A DNA stretch of 28,426 bases from a virus (IMGVR_UViG_3300045000_000073:1-28426), one strand, 5' to 3'. Positions 1 through 7,931 are shown, counted from the stretch's first letter. A program made the numbers and translations. Notes: generated from the sequence alone by a model not told the origin.

Positions 1-2
1 CG

Positions 3-236
3 CTGGCTGCCGCCCGTCCAGGCTTCGCCACCTACTCGCCGGAGCCGACGGTGGTCAAGCGGTTCGCGGGGCTCGACGACGACAAGGCCCGCGACGAGAT
101 CCTTCGGCGGTGGGCCGGAGACCCGTTCGACCGGCCATGGGTTGGTGTCGAGCCGGCCCTTCCGGTTGCCGACTACGACGATCGGCGCCCGCCTCGTTGG
201 TACCGACGGTTGTTTACCCGAAGGAGTGACAGTTGA
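3..236 (+). CDS. Hypothetical protein, 5'-truncated
   Basis: Frame is open from position 3 (LAAARPGFATYSPEPTVVKRF...). Stop overlaps the next start (TTGA). Confidence 0.55.
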   Translation: MAAARPGFATYSPEPTVVKRFAGLDDDKARDEILRRWAGDPFDRPWVGVEPALPVADYDDRRPPRWYRRLFTRRSDS

Positions 237-532
237 TCGAGCGCTTCCGTAAGCGGCCCATCGTCGTGGAGACGATCCTTTGGGACGGCACCCCCGAACG
301 AGCCGAAGAGATCCGCAACTGGATCGGCGACGGCCTCGAAGGTGAGTCCCTGTTCCTGGCGCCCGAGGAGATGTCTGGCGTCAACGAGCACGCCCGGGTC
401 TGGAACGACCAGGAACACTGCTGGATCCCGGTGCCGCTCGGCCACCGGGTCGTGAAGGGCGCATTGGGTGAGCTGTACCCGATCAGCCCGGCTGCGTTGG
501 TAGAGACATTCGAATCGGCGGAGGCGGCATGA
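233..532 (+). CDS. Conserved small phage protein (RKRP-vv-E-i-W ... KG..GELYP type, PGDYG-like)
   Basis: SD AGGAG upstream of TTG. Motifs RFRKRPIVVETILWDG and VVKGALGELYPI resemble a common phage family. Confidence 0.8.
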   Translation: MIERFRKRPIVVETILWDGTPERAEEIRNWIGDGLEGESLFLAPEEMSGVNEHARVWNDQEHCWIPVPLGHRVVKGALGELYPISPAALVETFESAEAA

Positions 533-657
533 CCGCGGACTACATCGTCGGCGACTTCGAACGTCAGGTGCGCCGGGCAGCGGTCGCCGCGAGGGTGCGG
601 CGCCGCTTCCGTCGGCGCGCCTTGTCGAGGCCGATACCGGGCTGGTGGTGCAGGTGA
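529..657 (+). CDS. Small Arg-rich hypothetical protein, 42 aa (MTADYIVGDFERQVRRAAV...WWCR)
   Basis: Not in the ORF track. ATGA overlap with the upstream stop and GTGA overlap with the downstream start; it fills the gap exactly. Confidence 0.6.
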   Translation: MTADYIVGDFERQVRRAAVAARVRRRFRRRALSRPIPGWWCR

Positions 658-1031
658 CCGAGAACCTGTCCGGCCGGGTACGCCACCGTAACGGCCCAGA
701 GTCCGACGACTACTGGCCGGCCATCCATCCGGCGGTAGAGGCAGGCGTCGAAGCGCTTGCGGCACATCCGACCTGCCCGCATGTCGCCATGGTGACGGTG
801 ACCCAGTCGGCCCGGTGCGACGAGTGCACCGCTGGCATCGTCGCCCAATCCACGCTGGACTGGGCGGTCAAGGAACTGCTGCCGGTCGGCCTTGACGACA
901 CCATGACCTGGCTCCGCGAGCACGGCAGGTCAACTACGCCCGATGTGGGTCTCGTGCTGGCCGATGTGGCAGTCGACCTCATGCGGGCTGCCAGCGAGAT
1001 CGAGCGGGCAGGGGGCGACCATGACCGGTGA
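654..1031 (+). CDS. Hypothetical protein with CPH and CDEC motifs
   Basis: GTG at 654 is coupled to the preceding stop; high GC3. Confidence 0.7.
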   Translation: MTENLSGRVRHRNGPESDDYWPAIHPAVEAGVEALAAHPTCPHVAMVTVTQSARCDECTAGIVAQSTLDWAVKELLPVGLDDTMTWLREHGRSTTPDVGLVLADVAVDLMRAASEIERAGGDHDR

Positions 1032-1425
1032 CCCGCAGACCCCGGCCGAGGTGCTCGACGAGGCGATCCTCGCGGCTGCCCGCGCTTGGTGCGAGACCCG
1101 CTTCGACTACGACGGGCCGTACCTCGCGGAGGACCTGGAGCGCGACGTGATCCGCACAGCCGAGGACCCGGCACTGCAGTCCGCGGTCGCCTTCGCCGCG
1201 CCGATCTTGTTCGCCGCCGGACTTGACGCCGGGCACACCCAGGCCGCGTCGCTCGACTCCGCGATGCATTCGGTGTGGCTGCACGGCAACTGGCGCTGGC
1301 TCACCGAGAACATGACCACGCCAGAGAAGGAGGCCGCAGCGGACGCCGTCGACCGGTACGGGGCGACGTGGCCGCCCGAGGATCGGGGGTTTCCTGTCGA
1401 GCGTTGGTGGCGCGACGATGCCTGA
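1021..1425 (+). CDS. Hypothetical phage protein (SVWLHGNWRWLT motif)
   Basis: ATG 1021 with a G-rich SD; overlaps both neighbours; high GC3. Confidence 0.75.
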   Translation: MTGDPQTPAEVLDEAILAAARAWCETRFDYDGPYLAEDLERDVIRTAEDPALQSAVAFAAPILFAAGLDAGHTQAASLDSAMHSVWLHGNWRWLTENMTTPEKEAAADAVDRYGATWPPEDRGFPVERWWRDDA

Positions 1426-1621
1426 CCTCACCTCCGAGGAGAAGCGCTTCCTGCTCCGCCTTGCCCTCGGCACCTTCGACTCCCGCACGGAGTGCAGGCT
1501 CCGGCACCGCCACACCGGGGAGACTCTTTCCTTCCTCGATCTCCGGATTCACGAGCTCGCCGAATGGGAGACCGAGGACCGACTGGTCATCGAAACCGCG
1601 TGGAGGCCAAGCCGTGCCTGA
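1418..1621 (+). CDS. Hypothetical protein
   Basis: Overlapping operon arrangement and good codon usage. Confidence 0.65.
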   Translation: MPDLTSEEKRFLLRLALGTFDSRTECRLRHRHTGETLSFLDLRIHELAEWETEDRLVIETAWRPSRA

Positions 1622-1988
1622 CCCTGTCCAGTTGCCTTGCTGCGAAGGCTTATCCATGGAGTGTGAGCGGGGTGCCTGCTCCGGCTGCGACGGCCGTTGC
1701 GCCGGCCGGGGAGACAAGCCGTGCGCCTGCCTAATCCAGGGCTGCCACACCACCCCCGCCCGAATCGCCGGGGCGCCCGGCGAGCCGCTGGCCACCATGG
1801 ACCGCGGTCAACTCGTCGCGGAGGTTCAACGGGCCAAGCGTCGCCTCTACGCCCGCATCATTGCCAGCGCACACCTACTGGACCAACCGTTCAGCAACGC
1901 GCCCGACCAGTCGCCCTGGACGCACATCAAGGCGGACATGGCTGCACTGGACCGCGCGCTGGCAGATGTGGGGTCCACCAGTGACTGA
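1614..1988 (+). CDS. Hypothetical protein with a Cys-rich N-terminus
   Basis: GTG 1614 with SD GGAGG. N-terminus reads CCEGLSMECERGACSGCDGRCAGRGDKPCACLIQGCH. Confidence 0.65.
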   Translation: MPDPVQLPCCEGLSMECERGACSGCDGRCAGRGDKPCACLIQGCHTTPARIAGAPGEPLATMDRGQLVAEVQRAKRRLYARIIASAHLLDQPFSNAPDQSPWTHIKADMAALDRALADVGSTSD

Positions 1989-2406
1989 CCACGAGCAGAT
2001 CCTCAAGGACATCGGTGCCCGCATCCGGGAAGCCCGCAAGGCCGCGAAGATGAGCCAGGACGTGCTCGCCGGTAAGTCGGGCATCCCCCGGACGTCGCTG
2101 TCCACGATCGAGACCGCCAAGCAGGCCGATGTCGGGATCACTGTGCTACTCGGGCTCGCCGAAGCTCTGGGCACCACGCTCGCGCACCTCGTCTACGGCG
2201 ACGACACGACCGCCCAGCCGGCCGAACATGTCGCCACCGCAGAGACGCCACCACAGGTAGAGGTGATCCTCGCGATCCCCAACCACTCGATCACCCTGAA
2301 GGGGTCCGGCTCCAACCGGGATGTCATTGCGGACGCCGTCTGGGCGCTCGGTGAAGCGACCGCGATGGTTCGCGGCACCGAGGCGCGGATCGGACAGCAC
2401 CTGTGA
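1981..2406 (+). CDS. XRE/Cro-C1 family helix-turn-helix regulator with an extra C-terminal domain
   Basis: IGARIREARKAAKMSQDVLAGKSGIPRTSLSTIETAK...LLGLAEALGTTLAHLV is a classic HTH_3 pattern. Confidence 0.88.
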   Translation: MTDHEQILKDIGARIREARKAAKMSQDVLAGKSGIPRTSLSTIETAKQADVGITVLLGLAEALGTTLAHLVYGDDTTAQPAEHVATAETPPQVEVILAIPNHSITLKGSGSNRDVIADAVWALGEATAMVRGTEARIGQHL

Positions 2407-2564
2407 GCGGCCACGAACCGGAGCTCTACCGAGCACGCCGTCTCGGCTCCTGGTGCGTCTGCACCTGCGGGCGGTGGAGGTCGGGGTCGTACACGACGGT
2501 TACCGGCGCCCACCTTGCTTTCGGTGAGCACCTGCTCCGGGAGGCGAACCGTGGACGCCGCTGA
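2403..2564 (+). CDS. Small putative Zn-finger protein, 53 aa
   Basis: Not in the ORF track. GTGA coupling; translates as MSGHEPELYRARRLGSWCVCTCGRWRSGSYTTVTGAHLAFGEHLLREANRGRR (CxCG...H...H). Confidence 0.6.
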   Translation: MSGHEPELYRARRLGSWCVCTCGRWRSGSYTTVTGAHLAFGEHLLREANRGRR

Positions 2565-2802
2565 ACACCGGCACCTGTTCCGGGCGCTACGACGAGCAGG
2601 GTGGACGGTCAAGTTGGCCGGCGGCCACTACCACCTGCGTGACGACGCGGATCGGCTGATTACTACCGTCTCGGGCTCGTCCTCGGACCGGCGGGCTCGC
2701 CAGAACCTGCATGCTGACCTACGGCGAGCGGGTTTTGAGTGGCCACGGCAGCACCGAAGACGGGGCCGAAAGAAGGCGCGGCCCACGCCCGGTAGCCGTT
2801 AG
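2551..2802 (+). CDS. HicA-like (dsRBD-fold mRNA interferase) protein
   Basis: SD GGGAGG. LRRAGWTVKLAGGHYHL...TVSGSSSDRRARQNLHADLRRAG matches the actinophage HicA-like pattern, including the GGH catalytic His. Confidence 0.75.
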   Translation: MDAAEHRHLFRALRRAGWTVKLAGGHYHLRDDADRLITTVSGSSSDRRARQNLHADLRRAGFEWPRQHRRRGRKKARPTPGSR

Positions 2803-2902
2803 CTGGGTCAGGCTTGCGGCGGCACCATCCTATGCGGATACGCTCTGACCAGCGCCGACGTTGATCGAAGTTACCAATGCCCACCGGCGGGAAAGAGGGA
2901 TC

Positions 2903-3124
2903 ATGGGCAACCCGAACGCACTACGCGACGAGATCGTCGGGACCATCGATGGCCACGAGGTCCGCTGCGATGGTTGCCGCAACTACGTGGATCCCTGCAA
3001 GCCGTGCGACGTCGAGGCGATGCTGGGCTTGTTCGTCGTCAGCCGCGAATACCCGGACCCGGCACCTACTGACGGTTCGGGCGGACGTTGGGTGCTGCGG
3101 ACCCTCGCCGAAGTGGCGCCATGA
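2903..3124 (+). CDS. Hypothetical protein with two CxxC motifs
   Basis: SD AGAGGG before ATG 2903; CDGC...CKPC. Confidence 0.65.
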   Translation: MGNPNALRDEIVGTIDGHEVRCDGCRNYVDPCKPCDVEAMLGLFVVSREYPDPAPTDGSGGRWVLRTLAEVAP

Positions 3125-3306
3125 ACCGCCACGACATGCAGACCCGGGTGCCGTGCGGGGTGTGCCTGCGCACGATCTTCCAGTGGTTTCCGCTGAACGG
3201 GCAGTGGGTCACCGACTGCGGGCACACCGAGCAGGCCATCCTTGCCATGTCCGAGGTCGCCGCACGCGTCGAGTTCGGGCAGTACGCGGAAAGCGAGGCG
3301 GCGTGA
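3121..3306 (+). CDS. Small Zn-ribbon-like protein
   Basis: ATGA coupling; CGVC...CGH. Confidence 0.65.
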   Translation: MNRHDMQTRVPCGVCLRTIFQWFPLNGQWVTDCGHTEQAILAMSEVAARVEFGQYAESEAA

Positions 3307-3702
3307 CGGACGGACGCGACGTTGTGGCGCTGCCCCAGCGAGGACCAGACGTGAAGGCGCACCGGGCATCAAATGGCAACCTTCACCTGAGCGTGCCACT
3401 ACACACGGGTCGGCGCCGACGAAGACTCGGTGCGGGCGACGCTTCACGAGGTGCTACGGGAGATCCGGGGAGCCGGGTGGGAGCCTCCCCGGCCCGGGCG
3501 GTCAGTCCAGGCGGACCCAGCCCTGCTACGCCCACCGAGCCGGGTTCATGGTTCATACCACTTCGACCTGTCGGTGCGCGCGGTGACGGCCAGCCCCGAA
3601 TCGCGCTACACCCTCGCCGAGGCGCGCCAAGAACTGGCTGCCCAGCTGTGCATGGTTCTCGGCCACGACATGGTCACCGCCTACCATGAGGGGCGTTGGT
3701 GA
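3303..3702 (+). pseudogene. Hypothetical gene apparently split by a 1-nt frameshift near 3407-3409
   Basis: GTGA-coupled start at 3303 (MTDGRDVVALPQ...LHT). GC3 bias switches at CACACGGGTC to the frame ending at 3702 (VGADEDSVRATLHEVL...). Confidence 0.5.
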
Positions 3703-3706
3703 CTGA

Positions 3707-4354
3707 ATGCCTGACCCGATCCACCTGCGCGAGCTCACTATGACCCACGCCCCGGAGACCCGGGGCGTGGTCGTGACCATTCTGGTCGAGCGCGCCGACC
3801 AGACCCACCGCTACCGGTACACCGGGTACGCCGTCAGCGGCCCGCCGAGCTTCACCGCCACTGAGTCGTTCGAGCCGACGCCGGGCGTGCCGTTCAACGC
3901 CTCCCACGCCGTGCGCTGCGGGCCGATGACCCAGCAAATCGGGTTGGACGTGACGCTGGAGGCGTGCGAATCGATGGTCGAGGTCATACCGCCGAGGCAT
4001 GCCCAATCCGACGACATTCCGAAGCGCTGGGAGCACCGCGCGTTCGGTGGCGCGCCCACCACCGACGACCTCCTCGACCGGCATCTGCGGCGAACCGGCG
4101 CCCGCGAAGCCGCCCTTCAGGACCCGGCCGCTCACCTACAGGTTGCGATGCTGCGGGACTTCCTGCGCATGCTGCAGGCGGCGCTCGACGACGAACACGT
4201 CGAGTCTGACGTTGTGCGGCGCATAGTCGAGCGGGTCATGTACGGTGCCGTACCGCATCCGGCCGAGGTTGAGCGGCGGCTCGCCATTCAGCAGCGATGG
4301 ATCGACGACCTCGGCAGTCGTTCGGTCACGCACCTCGGGCAGGTGCTGCCATGA
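3707..4354 (+). CDS. Hypothetical protein
   Basis: 215-aa ORF with high GC3, coupled to the next gene by ATGA. Confidence 0.7.
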   Translation: MPDPIHLRELTMTHAPETRGVVVTILVERADQTHRYRYTGYAVSGPPSFTATESFEPTPGVPFNASHAVRCGPMTQQIGLDVTLEACESMVEVIPPRHAQSDDIPKRWEHRAFGGAPTTDDLLDRHLRRTGAREAALQDPAAHLQVAMLRDFLRMLQAALDDEHVESDVVRRIVERVMYGAVPHPAEVERRLAIQQRWIDDLGSRSVTHLGQVLP

Positions 4355-4620
4355 GCGACAATCCGGCCGAGGGGCGAACGAGGGCCGTCTACGTCCCCGA
4401 ACTCCTCCATTTTTGCGGACCGAACAGGTACGGCATCTGGCTAGAGGCGACATTCGACGCCGAGGGCACGGTGCGCAAATGCGAGTGCGGCAAGACCTGG
4501 GTCGCATACAGAGATCATCACTACGTCGGCTACATGGGCGTGCTGTGGCGACGAGAGACCTGGTGGGCTCGCCGCCGACGGCAACGAAAGCAAGGTAAGT
4601 GCCCAACCGCAGGCACCTGA
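4351..4620 (+). CDS. Small actinophage protein with HxC...CECG motif and basic Trp-rich tail
   Basis: ATGA coupling; HFCG...RKCECGKTW...WRRETWWARRRR. Confidence 0.7.
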   Translation: MSDNPAEGRTRAVYVPELLHFCGPNRYGIWLEATFDAEGTVRKCECGKTWVAYRDHHYVGYMGVLWRRETWWARRRRQRKQGKCPTAGT

Positions 4621-4734
4621 ATCCGGCGGACCCGGAGCCCCCACGACCCCGGGCCACGCCCACCACCAACCCGACGACCCCATGTCGAGATCTCCAGACC
4701 ATACCCGCTGACCAGCGGAAAAGGAGATCACGCC

Positions 4735-5493
4735 ATGCACCCTGAGGATCCGCCGAACGGCTCATACTGCCTGTCAGGTGACCGATGCAAGGACTACAAC
4801 CACCTTGCCAAGCACTCTGCCGACATCCCCTCCACTGCCGCCCTCTGCAACACGTGCCTGACCGTGGCCGAGCGGGACATCCGGTCCCTCGTCTTCGACT
4901 ATTTCGACCTGGAACAGCTTCAGATCCCGGCCCTGTCGCAGGCACTCGACACCCAGCCGACCGGCAAACCCGGACCACCCATGCCGCTCTCGGGTGCACC
5001 AGAAGCCCTGCAGGCCGAGATCCTGCACGTTTCGACCACCTGGGAGATCGAGGTCCGCGCCCACGCTCGGCTTTCCGAACCGACCCTGGAGAAGCTGCGT
5101 GGCGCCGCCGTACAGCGGGCGGTCACAGTCATCGCCACCCATGTCGCCACCCTGGCCCGGTTTGAACCCACCGCCGTGTTCCCGACCGGCTGCGAAGACG
5201 ACCCAGCAGACGTCGCCGGCTGGGAAGCGATCCACCACCTGCAGCACCTCCACCAGCGCGCCCGGGGCATGCTCGGCCGCACCCACCGAACCAGTGTTGT
5301 GCCCGGCACCTGTTCCGGCTCCGACACCCGCCCCGACTGCGCGGCACCCCTCTACCGGGACGAGCCGCGCTTCGCCGAAGACCCCTGCCCGGTCTACTGC
5401 TCCGACGCCCGTTGCACCGCCCGGTGGACCACCGAGGAGTACGAGCGTTTCGTCGGCCTCACCGTCGCGGCCCTTACCCGGTCCGGGGTGTGA
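4735..5493 (+). CDS. Zn-finger protein, putative late-transcription regulator
   Basis: SD AAGGAG. N-terminal C..C..CxxC and C-terminal C...C...C...C clusters. Lies at the end of the middle region, before the packaging genes. Function is inferred from position. Confidence 0.7.
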   Translation: MHPEDPPNGSYCLSGDRCKDYNHLAKHSADIPSTAALCNTCLTVAERDIRSLVFDYFDLEQLQIPALSQALDTQPTGKPGPPMPLSGAPEALQAEILHVSTTWEIEVRAHARLSEPTLEKLRGAAVQRAVTVIATHVATLARFEPTAVFPTGCEDDPADVAGWEAIHHLQHLHQRARGMLGRTHRTSVVPGTCSGSDTRPDCAAPLYRDEPRFAEDPCPVYCSDARCTARWTTEEYERFVGLTVAALTRSGV

Positions 5494-5906
5494 CCGACCG
5501 GCAGCCGTGGCCGCACCCCGGCGACACCCTGCTGCAACGTGCGCGCCGTATCGCCGCCGCCTACCGCCAACACCTACGGGTCGCCAACCCGGATGTCTGC
5601 GCGGCGCTGGACGACATGGCCCGCAGCTTCGGTGAGGACTGGGTCTGCGAACAACTGGTGACCACGCCCGAGAACGCGATGCTCACCACGCCTGACGCCG
5701 CCGAGCTCGCAGGTGTTGACCAGGACACCATCCATAGTTGGCGCCGCCGGGGGATCGTCGACGAACAGGGTGTCCGCCACCACCTGCAGAAGCGGGGGCT
5801 GAGCGAGCGAGGCTGGCCCATGTTCCTGGCCAGCGAGGTGTTGTGGTTCGCAGCGACCACCCGCCGTAGGCGTATCAGACGGAAGGTTGACGGCCGTCCT
5901 GGGTAG
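5490..5906 (+). CDS. MerR/Xis-like helix-turn-helix DNA-binding protein
   Basis: GTGA coupling. WPHPGDTLLQRARRIA N-terminus and LTTPDAAELAGVDQDTIHSWRRRG HTH. Confidence 0.8.
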   Translation: MTDRQPWPHPGDTLLQRARRIAAAYRQHLRVANPDVCAALDDMARSFGEDWVCEQLVTTPENAMLTTPDAAELAGVDQDTIHSWRRRGIVDEQGVRHHLQKRGLSERGWPMFLASEVLWFAATTRRRRIRRKVDGRPG

Positions 5907-5911
5907 TGCTG

Positions 5912-5920
5912 TGGTAACTT
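5912..5920 (+). promoter_or_regulatory. Candidate extended -10 promoter (TGgTAACTT) for late genes
   Basis: TGn-TANNNT just after the HTH gene stop in an otherwise GC-rich context. Confidence 0.4.
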
Positions 5921-5949
5921 GCGCAGCAGGCGGATTCTGTCCGCCGCCC

Positions 5950-5973
5950 GCCCGGCCGACGTGCCGGGCTTTT
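5950..5973 (+). terminator. Intrinsic terminator
   Basis: GCCCGGC-cgacgt-GCCGGGC followed by TTTT; preceded by a second hairpin GGCGGA-ttctg-TCCGCC at 5929-5945. Confidence 0.7.
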
Positions 5974-6048
5974 GCGTGCCCGCCGTGGCGTGATGCCCGG
6001 CGCCTTCTTGCCCGTGATGGGCAATCTTTCCGTGACTGGAGTACCACC

Positions 6049-6309
6049 ATGCCCAAGACCAACATCTACGAGTCCGCCCCGTCCATCGACCAGCAACGCA
6101 CCCGCGTGTCCGTCGGCTGGGCCCACGAACGGGACGTCCAGATCGGTGTACTTCACCTTCAGGACGGCGCCGACCGGGACCGGGAGTACGGGGACGACGG
6201 CGAGTTGAACTGGCAAGGCTGGTGGATGGACCTCACCCGTCCGCAGGTCAATCACCTGATCCAGGAGTTGCGCAAGGCCCGCGACGACGCGTTCGGCCGC
6301 GACGCCTGA
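6049..6309 (+). CDS. Conserved-looking actinophage hypothetical protein
   Basis: SD GGAG before ATG 6049; C-terminal LTRPQVNHLIQELRKARDDAFGRDA. Confidence 0.75.
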   Translation: MPKTNIYESAPSIDQQRTRVSVGWAHERDVQIGVLHLQDGADRDREYGDDGELNWQGWWMDLTRPQVNHLIQELRKARDDAFGRDA

Positions 6310-6361
6310 CCAACTGCCCCGTTGGCACCTCGCGACTCGCACGACATTGAGGGAGGTGCCC

Positions 6362-6415
6362 ATGGTTACCCTGCTCGCCGTGCTCCACGCCATTCTGGCC
6401 ATCCGGATCTTCTGA
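6362..6415 (+). CDS. 17-aa hydrophobic mini-protein MVTLLAVLHAILAIRIF
   Basis: Strong SD GGGAGGTG at 6351-6358; mostly G/C third positions; fills an intergenic gap. Confidence 0.45.
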   Translation: MVTLLAVLHAILAIRIF

Positions 6416-6464
6416 CCGTCCAGCAGCACCCTCTTGCCCGCCCAACGAACTGGCGGTGACCGGC

Positions 6465-6776
6465 ATGTTCTCGCGAGCCCTCGTCGCCACCCTGACCGCC
6501 ATGAACCTGCGACTCGGGCGTATCGAACGTGCCCTGCGCATCATCGAAAGTGAAGAGGAGACCGAAATGGCCACCCTTGCCGACCTCACCACCGTCACCA
6601 CGCAACTGAGCGCCACCGTTCAGCGCGTCGCGACCGACCTCGCCGCGCTGAAGGCCGGCGGGAACCTGACTGCGGAGCAGCAGGCCACCCTGGACAAGGC
6701 CGTCGCCGACCTGACCGGCGACGAGACCACCCTGACGACCGCCGACCCGGCGCCAGCACCCGCCCCGGGCGCCTAG
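6465..6776 (+). CDS. Coiled-coil protein with a second in-frame start at 6567
   Basis: Heptad-like MATLADLTTVTTQLSATVQRVATDLAAL; internal SD GAGGAG before ATG 6567; PA-rich tail. Confidence 0.7.
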   Translation: MFSRALVATLTAMNLRLGRIERALRIIESEEETEMATLADLTTVTTQLSATVQRVATDLAALKAGGNLTAEQQATLDKAVADLTGDETTLTTADPAPAPAPGA

Positions 6777-6815
6777 GACCGACCCGCACCAGGCCCTGCG
6801 GGAGGTGAACGCGTC

Positions 6816-6965
6816 TTGTCGCTTCAGGCCGTCTTCTACCTGCTCGGCACGATCCTTCTGGTGCTCGAAGCCGTCGGCATTCGCCCGCCCCGGGTCTCGT
6901 TGGGCTGGCTTGGGCTGGCGTGCTGGCTGTTCGCGTTCGGTGTTCTACCCGCCATCCGGTCGTGA
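6816..6965 (+). CDS. Small two-TM membrane protein, 49 aa
   Basis: Not in the ORF track. SD GGAGGTG before TTG 6816; MSLQAVFYLLGTILLVLEAVGIRPPRVSLGWLGLACWLFAFGVLPAIRS. Confidence 0.7.
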   Translation: MSLQAVFYLLGTILLVLEAVGIRPPRVSLGWLGLACWLFAFGVLPAIRS

Positions 6966-7145
6966 CCCCGACGCAGGCGTCCCCCGGTACGGCGGAAGCC
7001 CGCCAGCCGTCTCTACCGCCGCGATCAACTGCCGTAGCAGGGCGTTCGTCGCCTGCTGCTCGGTCACCAACCGTTCCAGGATTGCCCGCTCGGCTTCCTG
7101 GTTCTTCCGTACCTGGCGTAGGTGCTCGGTCTCGTTGAGTCCCAT
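6945..7145 (-). CDS. Small antisense coiled-coil protein, 66 aa
   Basis: MGLNETEHLRQVRKNQEAERAILERLVTEQQATNALLRQLI; fills a gap that has no credible + strand gene. Confidence 0.55.
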   Translation of the reverse strand: MGLNETEHLRQVRKNQEAERAILERLVTEQQATNALLRQLIAAVETAGGLPPYRGTPASGSRPDGG

Positions 7146-7202
7146 CCCGACACGAGACCACCTGTCGACTGCCAGTCGAACCGACCGAACGGGGGAGGCG
7201 TG

Positions 7203-7457
7203 GTGTCCGACGAGTCGTACGGCAACGTGACCTGCCACCGGTTGAGTGACGGCACGGTCGTCATCACCGAAGCCGGCGACCTCGTCAAGATCGGTCTTGG
7301 CTTCCTGGTCGCAGCGAATCCCGCGCTCGTGCGCATCGAGGACCGGGCGATCGTTCTCAACGGTCAGGTCTGGTATGAGCCGGTCGCCTTCGATTCAACC
7401 CTGCTGGTCCTGAACTGCCGCAAGGTCCGCGACGACCGTCCGGAGTCCACCAGATGA
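7203..7457 (+). CDS. Hypothetical protein
   Basis: SD GGGGGAGG before GTG 7200/7203; ATGA coupling to the next gene. Confidence 0.7.
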   Translation: MSDESYGNVTCHRLSDGTVVITEAGDLVKIGLGFLVAANPALVRIEDRAIVLNGQVWYEPVAFDSTLLVLNCRKVRDDRPESTR

Positions 7458-7867
7458 CCGCCGCCCACGACCAGGCCGTCACCCACCACTACCTGATGCA
7501 CTTCCCGGAACATCCAGCAAGGGCCGACGACCCGCACTACAAGGACTTCGAAGCCTTCCGACGTCGCACCGAGGCCACGGCCCGATGCCAGTTCGTGGCC
7601 GACACCGGCATCGACACCGAATGCGTCGGCGGGCTGGAGCTCCACCACACGCACATCGAGTTCAGCCTCCAAAACGGGGTAGACCTCGCGGTACTGGAGC
7701 GTTACTACCCGGGCGTCTCGAACGCCGACGAGGTGGGCACCTGGGTTGAGTCCGCCGACAACTTGACGTGGTACTGCGCAGGGCATCACCGCGGCCACGG
7801 CGGCATCCATACGGCGGCTGCGGCGGACTTCGAGGCGCAGAAGTTCGTGCGCGGGCTGATCTCGTAA
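7454..7867 (+). CDS. HNH-like endonuclease (terminase-adjacent)
   Basis: C...C..LELHH...NL.WYCAGHHRG..GIH His-Me finger pattern, directly upstream of TerS. Confidence 0.65.
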   Translation: MTAAHDQAVTHHYLMHFPEHPARADDPHYKDFEAFRRRTEATARCQFVADTGIDTECVGGLELHHTHIEFSLQNGVDLAVLERYYPGVSNADEVGTWVESADNLTWYCAGHHRGHGGIHTAAAADFEAQKFVRGLIS

Positions 7868-7931
7868 CGCTGAAGTGACAGGCGACCGTCGACGTAGCGT
7901 GACGGCCAGTGCCAGAATTCCCGGTCCTAGA

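Noticed and set aside
2877-3689. 270-aa + strand ORF
   Set aside because: Mostly an alternative frame over better-supported small genes. Only 3303-3408 appears to be coding.
5887-5892. TTGACG as the -35 element for the TAACTT -10
   Set aside because: The spacing is 22 nt, too long for a canonical sigma-70 promoter.
6898-6930. TGGGCTGGC short tandem repeat
   Set aside because: It is explained by the coding sequence GWLGLACWL of the small membrane protein.
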